A DNA stretch of 64,000 nt, taken from the NCBI GenBank assembly GCA_002315915.1, contig DCIB01000022.1, forward strand, positions 13,851-77,850, given 5' to 3'. The notes under the pieces are model-generated. The model ran no database searches and was not told the DNA's origin. It was given only the letters and a program-made list of their open reading frames with translations. Below, one piece after another: positions 10,252 to 20,009 of the stretch. This stretch comes from Bacillales bacterium UBA1737. Its GTDB lineage: Bacteria; Bacillota_I; Bacilli_A; ML615J-28; CAG-313. Both the position numbers and the translations under genes were made by a program. Numbering within the stretch: position 1 is the stretch's first letter; every line of letters begins with the position of its first letter.

Positions 10252-11118
10252 ATGCAATTAATAAGTGGAAAAGTCAGAACTTATTATGATGAAAATAGAG
10301 TATTTGATATGCTTATAAAAAATAAATTAGTGTATTTTTACCTATCTCATTCTCAAGCTAAAAAACTTGAAATATATTTATCACTAGGTAATTATGTAAC
10401 ATTTTACGCAACAGATAAACCAATATTTGTTGGAAATGTATATGCATATCAAGTTGTAGATTTTGATAAGATATATAAAATGCAAGGTAATAAAGAAATA
10501 GTTTATTATAATCATCAAGATAATGTTGAACAAGTAAAAAAATTACTTAGAAAAGATACTTATAGATTATTTTTAGATTTAGAATTCTCTATGCCACCAG
10601 TAAATTATCATCATGGAGATATTCCACAATTTCATGCTGAAATTGTAGAATATGGAATGTGTTTAGAAGATGCAAATGGGAATATAATTGATTCTAGTTA
10701 TGGATTAGTAAAGCCTTTGGATGAAAGAGGAATTAATGAATATACATTAAATTTCATTCATAAGACAGAAAATGAATTAAAAAATGCTTCATATTATTCT
10801 AAGTTTTATAATACATTAAAAGATTATATGACTCTTTATCAACCTATTATTTATGTTTGGGGCAGAAATGACTATTTAATAATAAATAAAAGTTATTTAT
10901 TACATAAGGTTACACCTATTACTGAAAGAAAGAATTATATTAATTTAATGCAGTTATTTAAAACATATTATAAAGAAAAAAATGATATTGGATTATATAA
11001 TGCATATGATTATTTTGGTAAAAAACCTATATTAGATGAACAAGATCATAATGCTTTACATGATGCCGAAGCAACATTAGAATTATTTCATTTATTTGAT
11101 AAAACAATTAATAAATAA
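10252..11118 (+). CDS. DEDDh 3'-5' exonuclease (KapD/ERI-like) with about 100-aa N-terminal domain
   Basis: Exo motifs LFLDLEFS, AEIVEYG and HNALHDAEAT; strong RBS AAGGAGG. Confidence 0.65.
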   Translation: MQLISGKVRTYYDENRVFDMLIKNKLVYFYLSHSQAKKLEIYLSLGNYVTFYATDKPIFVGNVYAYQVVDFDKIYKMQGNKEIVYYNHQDNVEQVKKLLRKDTYRLFLDLEFSMPPVNYHHGDIPQFHAEIVEYGMCLEDANGNIIDSSYGLVKPLDERGINEYTLNFIHKTENELKNASYYSKFYNTLKDYMTLYQPIIYVWGRNDYLIINKSYLLHKVTPITERKNYINLMQLFKTYYKEKNDIGLYNAYDYFGKKPILDEQDHNALHDAEATLELFHLFDKTINK

Positions 11119-11153
11119 AATATTAAAAAAATATATTTTGAAAGGAGGAAAAA

Positions 11154-12872
11154 ATGGATAAAACTCATTCAAACAAACAAATAAATCAATCTAAAAATAC
11201 AAAAATTGATACAAATATAAAAGTATATTCATTGGGCGGACTTGGTGTAGTTGGAATGAATATGTATTTAGTAGAACAAGATGATGAAATAATCATTATG
11301 GATGCTGGAATATTATTTGCTGATGATGATGTTCATGGAGTAAACTATATTATTCCTGATTTTACATACTTAGAGCAAAATGAGAAAAAAATTGTTGGTT
11401 TATTTATAACTCATGGACATGAAGATCATATAGGAGCAATTCCATTCTTATTAAAAAAAGTAAAAATTCCTTGTATTTATGCATCGGGTATTGCGGTACC
11501 ATTAATATCTAATAAATTAGCAGAATTTCCAGATGTTAAATATAAGATGGTTGAGTATAATGATGATTCTAAATATAAATTCAAACATTTTGAATTATCT
11601 TTCTTTAGGACAAATCATTCTATTCCTGATTCATTTGGAATTGCAATAAAAACTAAACTTGGATATATTGTAAATACAGGTGATTTTAAATTTGATTTTA
11701 GTCCACTTGGTACACCTTCTGATTTCTATAAGATGACAAAACTTGGTGAAGAAGGAGTATATTGTTTATTATCTGAATCAACAAACGCTAATATTTCAAC
11801 TTTATCTGAATCAGAAAAGAAAATTGCTGATACTTTATATAGTCTATTTCATCAAATTGAAGGAAGAATATTAGTTGCAACATTTGCATCTAATGTATAT
11901 AGAGTACAACAAATTATAGAAGCAAGCGTATCAGTAGGTCGTCCTGTTATAGTATTTGGCCATAGTATGGAGTTAACTATTGAAGCTGCTCAAAAACTTA
12001 AATATATTAATGTACCTAAAGGTACAATTATAAGAAGTAGAGATATTAAAAAGATAGAATCTGATCATGTAACTATACTTTGTACTGGATCACAAGGTGA
12101 ACCTATGGCGGCATTATCAAGAATTGCATCTGGAACTCATAAACAAATTACATTAAAACCAAATGATACAATTATTTATTCATCAAAACCAATTCCGGGA
12201 AATGAACAATTTGTAAATAGAAATATTGATAAATTAGTTCATTCTGGAGCACATGTTATTATAAATAGTTTATTAACTGATACTCATACAACAGGTCATG
12301 CTTCACAAAATGAATTAAAATTAATGTTATCATTTATGAAACCAAAGTATTTTGTTCCAGTTCATGGAGAATATGCAATGCTTAAACGTCATGTTAAACT
12401 AGCAACAACTTTAGGCATTCTTAAGAAAAACTGTTTTGTTTTAGGACCAGGAGATGTATTTTGTTTAAATGAAAAAGGTGCTAAACTTCTTCCTCAAGCA
12501 GTTCCTGCATCAGATATATATTTAGATTCTCAATTATCCGATGTAGACAGTGGCATATTAAAAGACAGAAAAAAAATGGCTGATGATGGATTCATATATA
12601 TTGATATGTTTATTAATAGAGAAAAAACTTTATTAAATCAACCAATTGTATTACTTAAAGGATTTACAATTCCAGAATTAAGTGATTCAATTATTAATTC
12701 TATAAGTCAAAAGGTAACAGATATTTATAATAAACTTATAAATCAACAAAATAAATTATCGATACAGGCTATAGAAAAACAAGTTTTAAATCAAATAAAT
12801 CAATATATTTATTCTAAATTAATGAGTAAACCTTTAGTTAGTGTTACCATTCAAATTATAAATAATAAATAG
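11154..12872 (+). CDS. rnj: Ribonuclease J
   Basis: Metallo-beta-lactamase HGHEDHIG motif, beta-CASP region and C-terminal domain; length 572 aa. Confidence 0.92.
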   Translation: MDKTHSNKQINQSKNTKIDTNIKVYSLGGLGVVGMNMYLVEQDDEIIIMDAGILFADDDVHGVNYIIPDFTYLEQNEKKIVGLFITHGHEDHIGAIPFLLKKVKIPCIYASGIAVPLISNKLAEFPDVKYKMVEYNDDSKYKFKHFELSFFRTNHSIPDSFGIAIKTKLGYIVNTGDFKFDFSPLGTPSDFYKMTKLGEEGVYCLLSESTNANISTLSESEKKIADTLYSLFHQIEGRILVATFASNVYRVQQIIEASVSVGRPVIVFGHSMELTIEAAQKLKYINVPKGTIIRSRDIKKIESDHVTILCTGSQGEPMAALSRIASGTHKQITLKPNDTIIYSSKPIPGNEQFVNRNIDKLVHSGAHVIINSLLTDTHTTGHASQNELKLMLSFMKPKYFVPVHGEYAMLKRHVKLATTLGILKKNCFVLGPGDVFCLNEKGAKLLPQAVPASDIYLDSQLSDVDSGILKDRKKMADDGFIYIDMFINREKTLLNQPIVLLKGFTIPELSDSIINSISQKVTDIYNKLINQQNKLSIQAIEKQVLNQINQYIYSKLMSKPLVSVTIQIINNK

Positions 12873-12898
12873 AAGGTAGAAATAATTTTCTACCTTCT
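12871..12898. terminator. Bidirectional terminator between rnj and def
   Basis: 12-bp stem AGAAGGTAGAAA-TAAT-TTTCTACCTTCT overlapping both stop codons. Confidence 0.6.
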
Positions 12899-13469
12899 AT
12901 TTAAATTCAATAGGATGTGAGTTATTAGGAATATAATTTGGCTCTTTTTGATTTACTCTATCTACAAATAATATTCCATTTAAATGATCATATTCATGCT
13001 GGAATACTATTGCTAAATAACCTTTTAATTTAGTCGTTTTTAGTGTAATTGATGAAGTTTCTTTATCATAATAGTACGCTTCAAATGTAACTTTATATGG
13101 TCTATGTATTAATGCATGACATTCTCTATCGACAGATAAACAACCTTCTCCACCAGGTAAATATGTTAATTCATCAGAATAACTCTTAATTTTAGGATTT
13201 ATTAAAAAGAATTCATGATATTCACCATTTTCATCAGGAGCCACAATAGCAATCATTTTTTTTAAGATACCAAGTTGTGGTGCAGCTAGTCCTACAGCTG
13301 GTCTATATAATGGATTATTTTCATTTTCTTCTTTAGTTGAATCATAGATATAATTAATCATATCATTCATTATCTTTTGATCTTCAATAGATAAAGGAAT
13401 ATTTACATCAAGACTTTTCTTTCTTAATAATTCATTACCTTCTCTAATTACATTTTTCATTGTAATCAT
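12897..13469 (-). CDS. def: Peptide deformylase
   Basis: GLAAPQ, EGCLS and QHEYDHLNG metal-binding motifs. Confidence 0.92.
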   Translation of the reverse strand: MITMKNVIREGNELLRKKSLDVNIPLSIEDQKIMNDMINYIYDSTKEENENNPLYRPAVGLAAPQLGILKKMIAIVAPDENGEYHEFFLINPKIKSYSDELTYLPGGEGCLSVDRECHALIHRPYKVTFEAYYYDKETSSITLKTTKLKGYLAIVFQHEYDHLNGILFVDRVNQKEPNYIPNNSHPIEFK

Positions 13470-13555
13470 ATTTTTTTCCTCTATATATAAATATTATATC
13501 AAATATCTATTTCTTTTATTTAAAAAACATTTTATATATTTGTTATAATTTATAT

Positions 13556-13828
13556 ATGAAAGCAAAATTAGAAGAAAAAATATCATTTGATATAGATTTT
13601 AATTCATTTACAACAGATGAAATTATTAAAATATTTGATTTTTATTCTGCAATATCTTTATATGCTGATGGTAAAAAAACAAATATTCCTGATTTAATTA
13701 ATAAATATCATATCTATAGAAATACACTAAATTCTATTGCATTCGAAAAAAGATATAATAATATGTTTGAAAAGAAAACTGGAATTAAAATTTATCAAAC
13801 AATGAGAGATTTAGAACAAAATAAATAA
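13556..13828 (+). CDS. UPF0223 (YktA-like) small protein
   Basis: Its 90-aa size and pattern (F..DEIIKIFDFY....Y......I.DL...Y..........EK....FEK.TG...YQ) resemble B. subtilis YktA. Confidence 0.5.
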   Translation: MKAKLEEKISFDIDFNSFTTDEIIKIFDFYSAISLYADGKKTNIPDLINKYHIYRNTLNSIAFEKRYNNMFEKKTGIKIYQTMRDLEQNK

Positions 13829-13847
13829 TGCTGTTAAGGTATTTTAC

Positions 13848-13876
13848 TTGACGACTTTATTTATTTTATATATAAT
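13848..13876 (+). promoter_or_regulatory. Consensus sigma-A promoter of rpsP-khpA
   Basis: TTGACG (13848-13853), exactly 17 nt, TATAAT (13871-13876); RBS AAGGAGG follows. Confidence 0.65.
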
Positions 13877-13899
13877 ATAGTTGTAATAAGGAGGAATTT

Positions 13900-14169
13900 A
13901 TGGTTAAATTAAGATCTCAAAGATATGGTTCTAAACAAAGACCTTTCTATCGTTTCGTTGCAACTGATTCAAGAAATCCTCGTGATGGACGTTATATTGA
14001 AATTGTGGGTACATATAATCCACTAACTAGTCCTGCAGAAGTTAAGTTTGAAGAAGAAAAAGTTCTTAACTGGTTATCAAAAGGTGCTCTTCCTACTGAT
14101 ACTGTTAAAAACTTCTTAAAAGATGCTGGAATATGGAAAAAATTCGTAGACAGCAAGAATTCTAAATAG
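13900..14169 (+). CDS. rpsP: 30S ribosomal protein S16
   Basis: [31 protein letters not shown]. Confidence 0.95.
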   Translation: MVKLRSQRYGSKQRPFYRFVATDSRNPRDGRYIEIVGTYNPLTSPAEVKFEEEKVLNWLSKGALPTDTVKNFLKDAGIWKKFVDSKNSK

Positions 14170-14180
14170 GTGATTTAATT

Positions 14181-14438
14181 ATGGCTGACGTTAATTATCC
14201 AAATTTAATTGCGGATTTAATTAAGCCTCTAGTTACACATCCTGAAGATGTTAAATGTTCATTTGTTTCATTTGAAAATGGAGTGACAAAGATTAAAGCA
14301 TCTGTTCATCCTGATGATTTAGGCCGAGTTATAGGCAAAAAAGGACGTGTGGCTGGAGCAATAAGAACGATTGCTCATGCTGCTGCTATTCGCAATAAGC
14401 AATCATTAGATATTGAATTCCTTAGCAATGAAGATTAA
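14181..14438 (+). CDS. khpA: KH-domain RNA-binding protein KhpA (YlqC)
   Basis: GRVIGKKGRVAGAIRTI KH motif; position after rpsP. Confidence 0.85.
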   Translation: MADVNYPNLIADLIKPLVTHPEDVKCSFVSFENGVTKIKASVHPDDLGRVIGKKGRVAGAIRTIAHAAAIRNKQSLDIEFLSNED

Positions 14439-14440
14439 TT

Positions 14441-14472
14441 GATGAATCCACTTTAGTGGATTCATCTTTTTT
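14441..14472 (+). terminator. Intrinsic terminator after khpA
   Basis: 11-bp stem GATGAATCCAC-TTTA-GTGGATTCATC followed by TTTTTT. Confidence 0.75.
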
Positions 14473-14474
14473 AA

Positions 14475-14503
14475 TTTATTTTAGTTATAAATTTTGATAT
14501 AAT
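14475..14503 (+). promoter_or_regulatory. Extended -10 promoter upstream of the P-type ATPase
   Basis: TGATATAAT (TG 14495-14496, TATAAT 14498-14503) with a weak -35, TTTATT. Confidence 0.45.
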
Positions 14504-14528
14504 AAACATATAATTAAAGGTAATATTT

Positions 14529-16964
14529 ATGGAAGTAAAGAAATATCAAATATCAAAAGTTAAATCTAATAATACTTTTAATAGAATAGTTAATGAAATT
14601 AAAAAAATTAATACTGTTTTTAATGCATCACTTGATAAATCAACTAGAATATTACTTGTTGAATGTAATCCTGATGTAAATGATGATGCATACAATAAAG
14701 AATTATTAAAAAATATTATTAAAGCTGTTCATGTATATGAATATAAAGCTGTAGTAACTAGTATTGATAATGTTGAAGTATATAGAAAAGTTGTATATCT
14801 TAGAGGATTAGATTGTGCTTATTGCGGTTCACGTATTGAAAATATAGCAAAAAAAGAATTAAATCATCAAAAAATTATTGTTGATTATCCAACTGCTAGA
14901 TTTATAATAGAAACAACTGATAAAGATTTAGTTGATCATTTAGAAGAAAGAATAACTGAAATTGCACACAAAGTAGATGAAAGAATAATTATTCAAACTC
15001 AAGAAAAAGGTAGACCTTTAGAGCAAGATATAGCAAAATCTTTGTTTACTCCTAATTTCTATATATTTTTAGCTGGACTATTTATTTATATTATAGGAAT
15101 CATTATAGATCCTAATGTTGTTAAAGAATATTGGACATCAAAACCATTTGCCGTAGTCTTTATTGGATTAGGGTATTTGTTAATAGGTAACGAAGTATTT
15201 ATTCGTTTTATTAAAAGTATATTTAAAGGTAGATTATTGGATGAGAACTTTTTAATGACTGTTGCCTCTATTTGTGCAATATTTATTAAAAAATATACAG
15301 AAGCTGCTGTTATACTAATTCTTTATCAAGTAGGAGATTTCTTATCTAATTTAGCTGTTAATAGATCAAGAAAGTCTATTGCTGCACTTTTACAGTTTGA
15401 TGTACAAACTGTAAAAATGCATTTAGGTGATGAAATTCAAGAAGTAGCTGTTGAAGGTGTTGTCCCAGATGATGTTTTAGTTATAAATAGTGGTGAAATG
15501 ATTCCAGTAGATGGTAAGATTTGTAAAGGTAAAACTATCGTTGATATGAAAAATATCACTGGTGAATCCCTTCTTAAAACTTGTGAATTAGGTGATGAGT
15601 TATTAAGTGGATCATTAAATGTAGGTTCTCAAATAGAATTAAGAGTTACACATACATATAATAATTCTATGATGACTAAAATAATGGATCTAGTTGAAAA
15701 TTCAACAGTAAATAAAGCTAAAAGTGAAAACAACGTTACTAATTTTGCTAAATACTATACTCCAATTGTAGTATCTATTGCTGCAGTTATATTATTATTT
15801 TCCATTATTTATTCAATAATTAATAGATCTTCTATGTGGATAGAGGGATTAACTATTGTAGCTAACTTTATGGTTATAGCATGTCCTTGTGCTCTTGTAA
15901 TTTCTATTCCACTTTGTTTCTTTATATCTATAGGTGTTGCATCAAAAAGAGGTATTCTAATTAGAGGAAGTAGTTATTTAGAAGCATTCTATCATATTGA
16001 AAAGTTAGTTTTTGATAAAACAGGAACTTTAACTAAAGGTGATTTTAATATATTAAATGTTGTACCCTTAGATAAATATACTTTTACTGATGTATTAAGA
16101 TATTTCTTATATACAGAGTATTATTCAGATCATCCAATTGGAAAATCTATTGTTGATCATTATGGTAGAGATCAATTTTTTACAGAAATTATTTCTGATT
16201 TTAAAGCACTTCGTGGTGGTGCAAGAGCTACTATAAATGGATCTAAAATTTTAATCGCAAATGAAAAATTAGCTTTAAAAGAAAAACTTACATATCCAGA
16301 AGTAAACAATCCTAACTTAATAATTTATGTTTTTAAAGAAACTATTTGTATAGGATATATTGTAATTGGTGATTCTATTAGAGATGAAGCTTTCCAAACT
16401 ATTGCTCAATTAAGAAGAAATGGTATTTCTAATATTTACATGTTAACAGGAGATTCTCACTTAATTGCAGATGATGTTGCGAATAAACTTCAAATAGATG
16501 ATGTATATTCAGAATTGTTACCTGATGAAAAAGTAGAATATATGGATAAAATTAAATCATCTGTTACAAGAAAAAACGGAACAGTATGTTTCGTTGGTGA
16601 TGGTGTAAATGATGCACCAGTAATATCTGCATCAGATGTTGGTATTGCAATGGCAGATACTGCTAGTGATGTTACTATATCTATTTCTGATATAGTAATT
16701 ATGAGTAGTGATTTAAGAAAACTTGTTGAATTATGCAAAATAGCAAGAAAAACCAAATCTAAAATTACATTTAATATGGTTTTTACTATTGCTGTAAAAA
16801 TAGTAGTAATGTTCTTTGCAATTAGTGTGGCAGATGCTGATTTAATGCCTTTATGGTTATCTATTTTTGCTGATGTAGGTGTAAGTTTAATAGCTGTAGC
16901 TAATGCTTTATTATTGTTTGCTACTTTTAAAAAAGATAAAAAGAAGGAAGTATTACATGAATAG
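14529..16964 (+). CDS. Heavy-metal translocating P1B-type ATPase (Cd/Zn-type CPC)
   Basis: HMA domain with LDCAYCGSRIE, TM CPC motif (ACPCALVIS), DKTGTLT, GDGVNDAP. A degenerate Cys-less HMA-like module sits at the extreme N-terminus. Confidence 0.9.
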   Translation: MEVKKYQISKVKSNNTFNRIVNEIKKINTVFNASLDKSTRILLVECNPDVNDDAYNKELLKNIIKAVHVYEYKAVVTSIDNVEVYRKVVYLRGLDCAYCGSRIENIAKKELNHQKIIVDYPTARFIIETTDKDLVDHLEERITEIAHKVDERIIIQTQEKGRPLEQDIAKSLFTPNFYIFLAGLFIYIIGIIIDPNVVKEYWTSKPFAVVFIGLGYLLIGNEVFIRFIKSIFKGRLLDENFLMTVASICAIFIKKYTEAAVILILYQVGDFLSNLAVNRSRKSIAALLQFDVQTVKMHLGDEIQEVAVEGVVPDDVLVINSGEMIPVDGKICKGKTIVDMKNITGESLLKTCELGDELLSGSLNVGSQIELRVTHTYNNSMMTKIMDLVENSTVNKAKSENNVTNFAKYYTPIVVSIAAVILLFSIIYSIINRSSMWIEGLTIVANFMVIACPCALVISIPLCFFISIGVASKRGILIRGSSYLEAFYHIEKLVFDKTGTLTKGDFNILNVVPLDKYTFTDVLRYFLYTEYYSDHPIGKSIVDHYGRDQFFTEIISDFKALRGGARATINGSKILIANEKLALKEKLTYPEVNNPNLIIYVFKETICIGYIVIGDSIRDEAFQTIAQLRRNGISNIYMLTGDSHLIADDVANKLQIDDVYSELLPDEKVEYMDKIKSSVTRKNGTVCFVGDGVNDAPVISASDVGIAMADTASDVTISISDIVIMSSDLRKLVELCKIARKTKSKITFNMVFTIAVKIVVMFFAISVADADLMPLWLSIFADVGVSLIAVANALLLFATFKKDKKKEVLHE

Positions 16965-17466
16965 TATCGAATATTTATATATTGGTCATATAGCAAATAC
17001 TTTTGGATTAAAGGGAGAATTAAAAGTAGTATCAGAAAGTGATTTTATTGACTTTAGATATAAAGTTGGAAATAAAATATTTATTAAATATGCTAATAAG
17101 TATATAGAAGTAATAATTACATCTTGTAGAATTCAAAAAGGAAATGTCATAATTACCATAAATCATTTATTTGATATAAATGATGTAGAAAAATATATAG
17201 GTGCTGATATATATTGTGACAAAAATAATAAACCAATATTAAATGATGGTGAATATTTAATAGATGATTTAGTATCTAAAAAAGTATATTTAGAGAATAA
17301 TACTTATTTTGGTATAGTAAATGATGTATTAATTCTTCCTTCTAATAAAGTATTAGAAATTAAAAAAGAAAATAATGAAATATATTTATTACCATTTATT
17401 AAAGATTATGTAATAAATATAGATGAGAATATTGTTATTAAATTATGTGAGGTAGAAGTATGCTAA
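16957..17466 (+). CDS. rimM: 16S rRNA processing protein RimM
   Basis: YLYIGHIANTFGLKGELKV. ATG 16957 follows AAGGAAG and overlaps the ATPase stop by 8 nt. The track's upstream extension lies inside the ATPase gene. Confidence 0.85.
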   Translation: MNSIEYLYIGHIANTFGLKGELKVVSESDFIDFRYKVGNKIFIKYANKYIEVIITSCRIQKGNVIITINHLFDINDVEKYIGADIYCDKNNKPILNDGEYLIDDLVSKKVYLENNTYFGIVNDVLILPSNKVLEIKKENNEIYLLPFIKDYVINIDENIVIKLCEVEVC

Positions 17467-18191
17467 CATTTGATGTATTAACATTATTCCCAGAAATGAT
17501 TGAAGGATTTATTAATTCATCAATATTAAAAAAAGCTATTGATAAAGAATTAATAAAAGTAAATATTATTAATTTTAGAGATTTTTCTACTAATAAACAT
17601 CATACAGTTGATGATTATGCATATGGTGGTGGAGCAGGTATGCTTATAAGTGTAGAACCAATTGTTGCAGCACTTAAAAGCATAAATGGTTATCAAAATG
17701 CAAAGAAGATTCTTACCAGTGCATCAGGTAGTATTTGGAATGAGACAAAAGCCTTAAATTATTCAAAAGAAGAACATATAATTATTATTTGTGGTCATTA
17801 TGAAGGAATAGATGCCAGAATATTAAATTATATTGATGATGAAGTATCTATAGGTGATTATGTATTAACAGGTGGAGAATTACCAGCTGGAATTATTATT
17901 GATTCAATATCTAGACTTGTTAAAGGAGTTATCAGTGATGATTCAATAATACATGAATCATATAATGATAACTTATTAGAATATCCTCAATATACTCACC
18001 CACAAGAATTTGAAGGTTTAGTAGTTCCTGATGTCTTAATATCTGGACATCATGCTAATATTGAAAAATTTAAAAGATATGAATCACTTAAAAAAACATA
18101 TCTTGTTAGACCAGATCTATTAAAAAAAGTTGTATTATCTGATAATGATAAAAAGATGTTAGAAGAAATAATTAAAAATGAAAAGAAGTAA
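17460..18191 (+). CDS. trmD: tRNA (guanine37-N1)-methyltransferase
   Basis: FDVLTLFPEM, YGGGAGM, GHYEGIDARI, LTGGELPA. Confidence 0.95.
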   Translation: MLTFDVLTLFPEMIEGFINSSILKKAIDKELIKVNIINFRDFSTNKHHTVDDYAYGGGAGMLISVEPIVAALKSINGYQNAKKILTSASGSIWNETKALNYSKEEHIIIICGHYEGIDARILNYIDDEVSIGDYVLTGGELPAGIIIDSISRLVKGVISDDSIIHESYNDNLLEYPQYTHPQEFEGLVVPDVLISGHHANIEKFKRYESLKKTYLVRPDLLKKVVLSDNDKKMLEEIIKNEKK

Positions 18192-18212
18192 GTTCATTAT
18201 GAACTTACTTCT
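18184..18212. terminator. Bidirectional terminator between trmD and cvfB
   Basis: 12-bp stem AGAAGTAAGTTC-ATTAT-GAACTTACTTCT spanning both stop codons. Confidence 0.6.
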
Positions 18213-19059
18213 TTATAATTTTATAATCTTCTATTTCTATTATTCTATCTGAATATAAAGCACCAACTGCTCTTTTAAAAGCACTTTTACTCATATTAAA
18301 TAAATGTTGTATTGCATCTGGTGTTGATTTATTACCAAGAGGTATAACTCCACCAAAATTATTTAAATAGTTTAATAATGTATCTCTATCTTGAGATATC
18401 ATTAATTCCTTTTGTTCAATTAATGTACCATTATATTCCGAATCTTTATTTACGTTAATTATTTTTACATCAATTCTTTCACCTAATCTATATCTTTTTC
18501 GCATTAGACTTTTAAAAATAAAAATAGGTTTATAATCATCAGTTAAACAAGTAATTCCTGATTGTGAATAATGAGTAACTGTAGCAGAAACTGTATCTCC
18601 CACATTATATGTAATATCATTTACATTCTTAACTAAATCTTTAGAAACAATTTTAACAACTAATGAATCTTTTTTTACCTTTAATGTTACAGGTAAATAA
18701 TCTCCTACTTTTGGCCAAGATGAAAGTGAACCTGGTAAATCATCTTTGGATAATAATATATCTTTTGCAATATTAATATTAATAAATGCTCCAGAATGTT
18801 CAAGTACATTTACTACTTTACAAAAATCATATTTAGTAGTTGATATAGATGGTTCTTCTAATGTTGCACATAAACGATGTTTATTATCGTAATATAAAAA
18901 TGCATCTACTTCATCGAATGGTTTTAATTTTTTATTATTACATTGATTAAAATGTAAAAATATTTCATTAGTATTATCATCTTTTGGATATAAAGTATAT
19001 GCTATATCTGTTTCTTTTTTTACTATTAAATGGTTAATATTACCAATTTGTATACTCAT
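18205..19059 (-). CDS. cvfB: S1-domain RNA-binding protein CvfB/YitL family
   Basis: Repeated S1-like modules plus a C-terminal winged-helix-like tail (SKSAFKRAVGALY). ATG 19059 follows AAAGGA; the track's start is a TTG 9 nt upstream. Confidence 0.7.
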   Translation of the reverse strand: MSIQIGNINHLIVKKETDIAYTLYPKDDNTNEIFLHFNQCNNKKLKPFDEVDAFLYYDNKHRLCATLEEPSISTTKYDFCKVVNVLEHSGAFININIAKDILLSKDDLPGSLSSWPKVGDYLPVTLKVKKDSLVVKIVSKDLVKNVNDITYNVGDTVSATVTHYSQSGITCLTDDYKPIFIFKSLMRKRYRLGERIDVKIINVNKDSEYNGTLIEQKELMISQDRDTLLNYLNNFGGVIPLGNKSTPDAIQHLFNMSKSAFKRAVGALYSDRIIEIEDYKIIKK

Positions 19060-19152
19060 ATTTATCAATCCTTTATTAAAAGTATATCAAATATTTGTTT
19101 TATATTCTAAATATAAAGATTTTTATATGAAGAATATGTTAAAATATTTAAT

Positions 19153-19986
19153 ATGAAAGATATATTAATAACACCAATAAAACAAACAATTAATGAAGAT
19201 TTAATAAAAGAATATGAAAATGATATTGAACATGCTTGTGATATAAAACTTAATGTAAGTTTTATATCACATAATGCATCAAAACCAAATGGTTTATGTG
19301 ATGAAGCATGGAATTCTATTTATCCATTTGTAAATAAATTAGCAAATGGTGAATATAATTTATATGATGGATGGATGAAAGATCCTAAAACTGCCATGAT
19401 TTCGTGTAATGATGGGTTTAGACCAGTATCATTTCTATTAAAAGTATTAGAGAAAAAAGATATTCATAACGATAATGTAAAATTAGTAAAATTAAGTTAT
19501 GAATATAAAGATTTATTCTTTGATATGATGGAAGAGTGGTTAAGAATTGATGGCGTAACTTCTCCAAAAGCAATATTTAAAAATGATTATCGTGATTTTG
19601 ATAATTATTTGAATAATTTAGAAGTAACTTTTCCTCATGATGGATTAATTCCTGATTCTATGTTTTTCTTGTTAGATACAAATATTAATAAATTCATTGG
19701 TGCATGTAATATTAGACATTATTTAAATGAAGGACTATTATTATATGGAGGTCATATTGGAGATGGTATAAGACCTCTTTGTAGAAATAAAGGCTATGCA
19801 CAAGTAATGGTTAAACTTGCATTAGAAGAATGTAAAAAATTAAATATTGATAAAATTTTAATGACTTGCCTAGATACTAATATAGGTTCTGCTAAAACTA
19901 TTATTTATAATGGTGGTATTTATGAAAATAGTGTATTAGAAGAAGACGAAGGTATCTTAGATCGCTATTGGATAGATTTAAAATAA
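19153..19986 (+). CDS. GNAT acetyltransferase (COG3981-like) with about 100-aa N-terminal extension
   Basis: The C-terminal half has the GNAT core (IGDGIRPLCRNKGYAQVMVKLALEECKKLNI). Confidence 0.5.
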   Translation: MKDILITPIKQTINEDLIKEYENDIEHACDIKLNVSFISHNASKPNGLCDEAWNSIYPFVNKLANGEYNLYDGWMKDPKTAMISCNDGFRPVSFLLKVLEKKDIHNDNVKLVKLSYEYKDLFFDMMEEWLRIDGVTSPKAIFKNDYRDFDNYLNNLEVTFPHDGLIPDSMFFLLDTNINKFIGACNIRHYLNEGLLLYGGHIGDGIRPLCRNKGYAQVMVKLALEECKKLNIDKILMTCLDTNIGSAKTIIYNGGIYENSVLEEDEGILDRYWIDLK

Positions 19987-20009
19987 AATATATATAAAGG
20001 AGTAACAAT

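Noticed and set aside
16490-16996. 168-aa ORF antisense to the P-type ATPase
   Set aside because: It lies entirely inside a well-supported gene on the opposite strand, with low-complexity composition and no RBS. This is a typical AT-rich antisense artefact. The same applies to 4380-4565, 7537-7746, 9402-9587, 9912-10184, 28406-28600, 30060-30242, 31773-31997, 32468-32659, 33798-34013, 44302-44541, 51465-51680 and 54365-54571.
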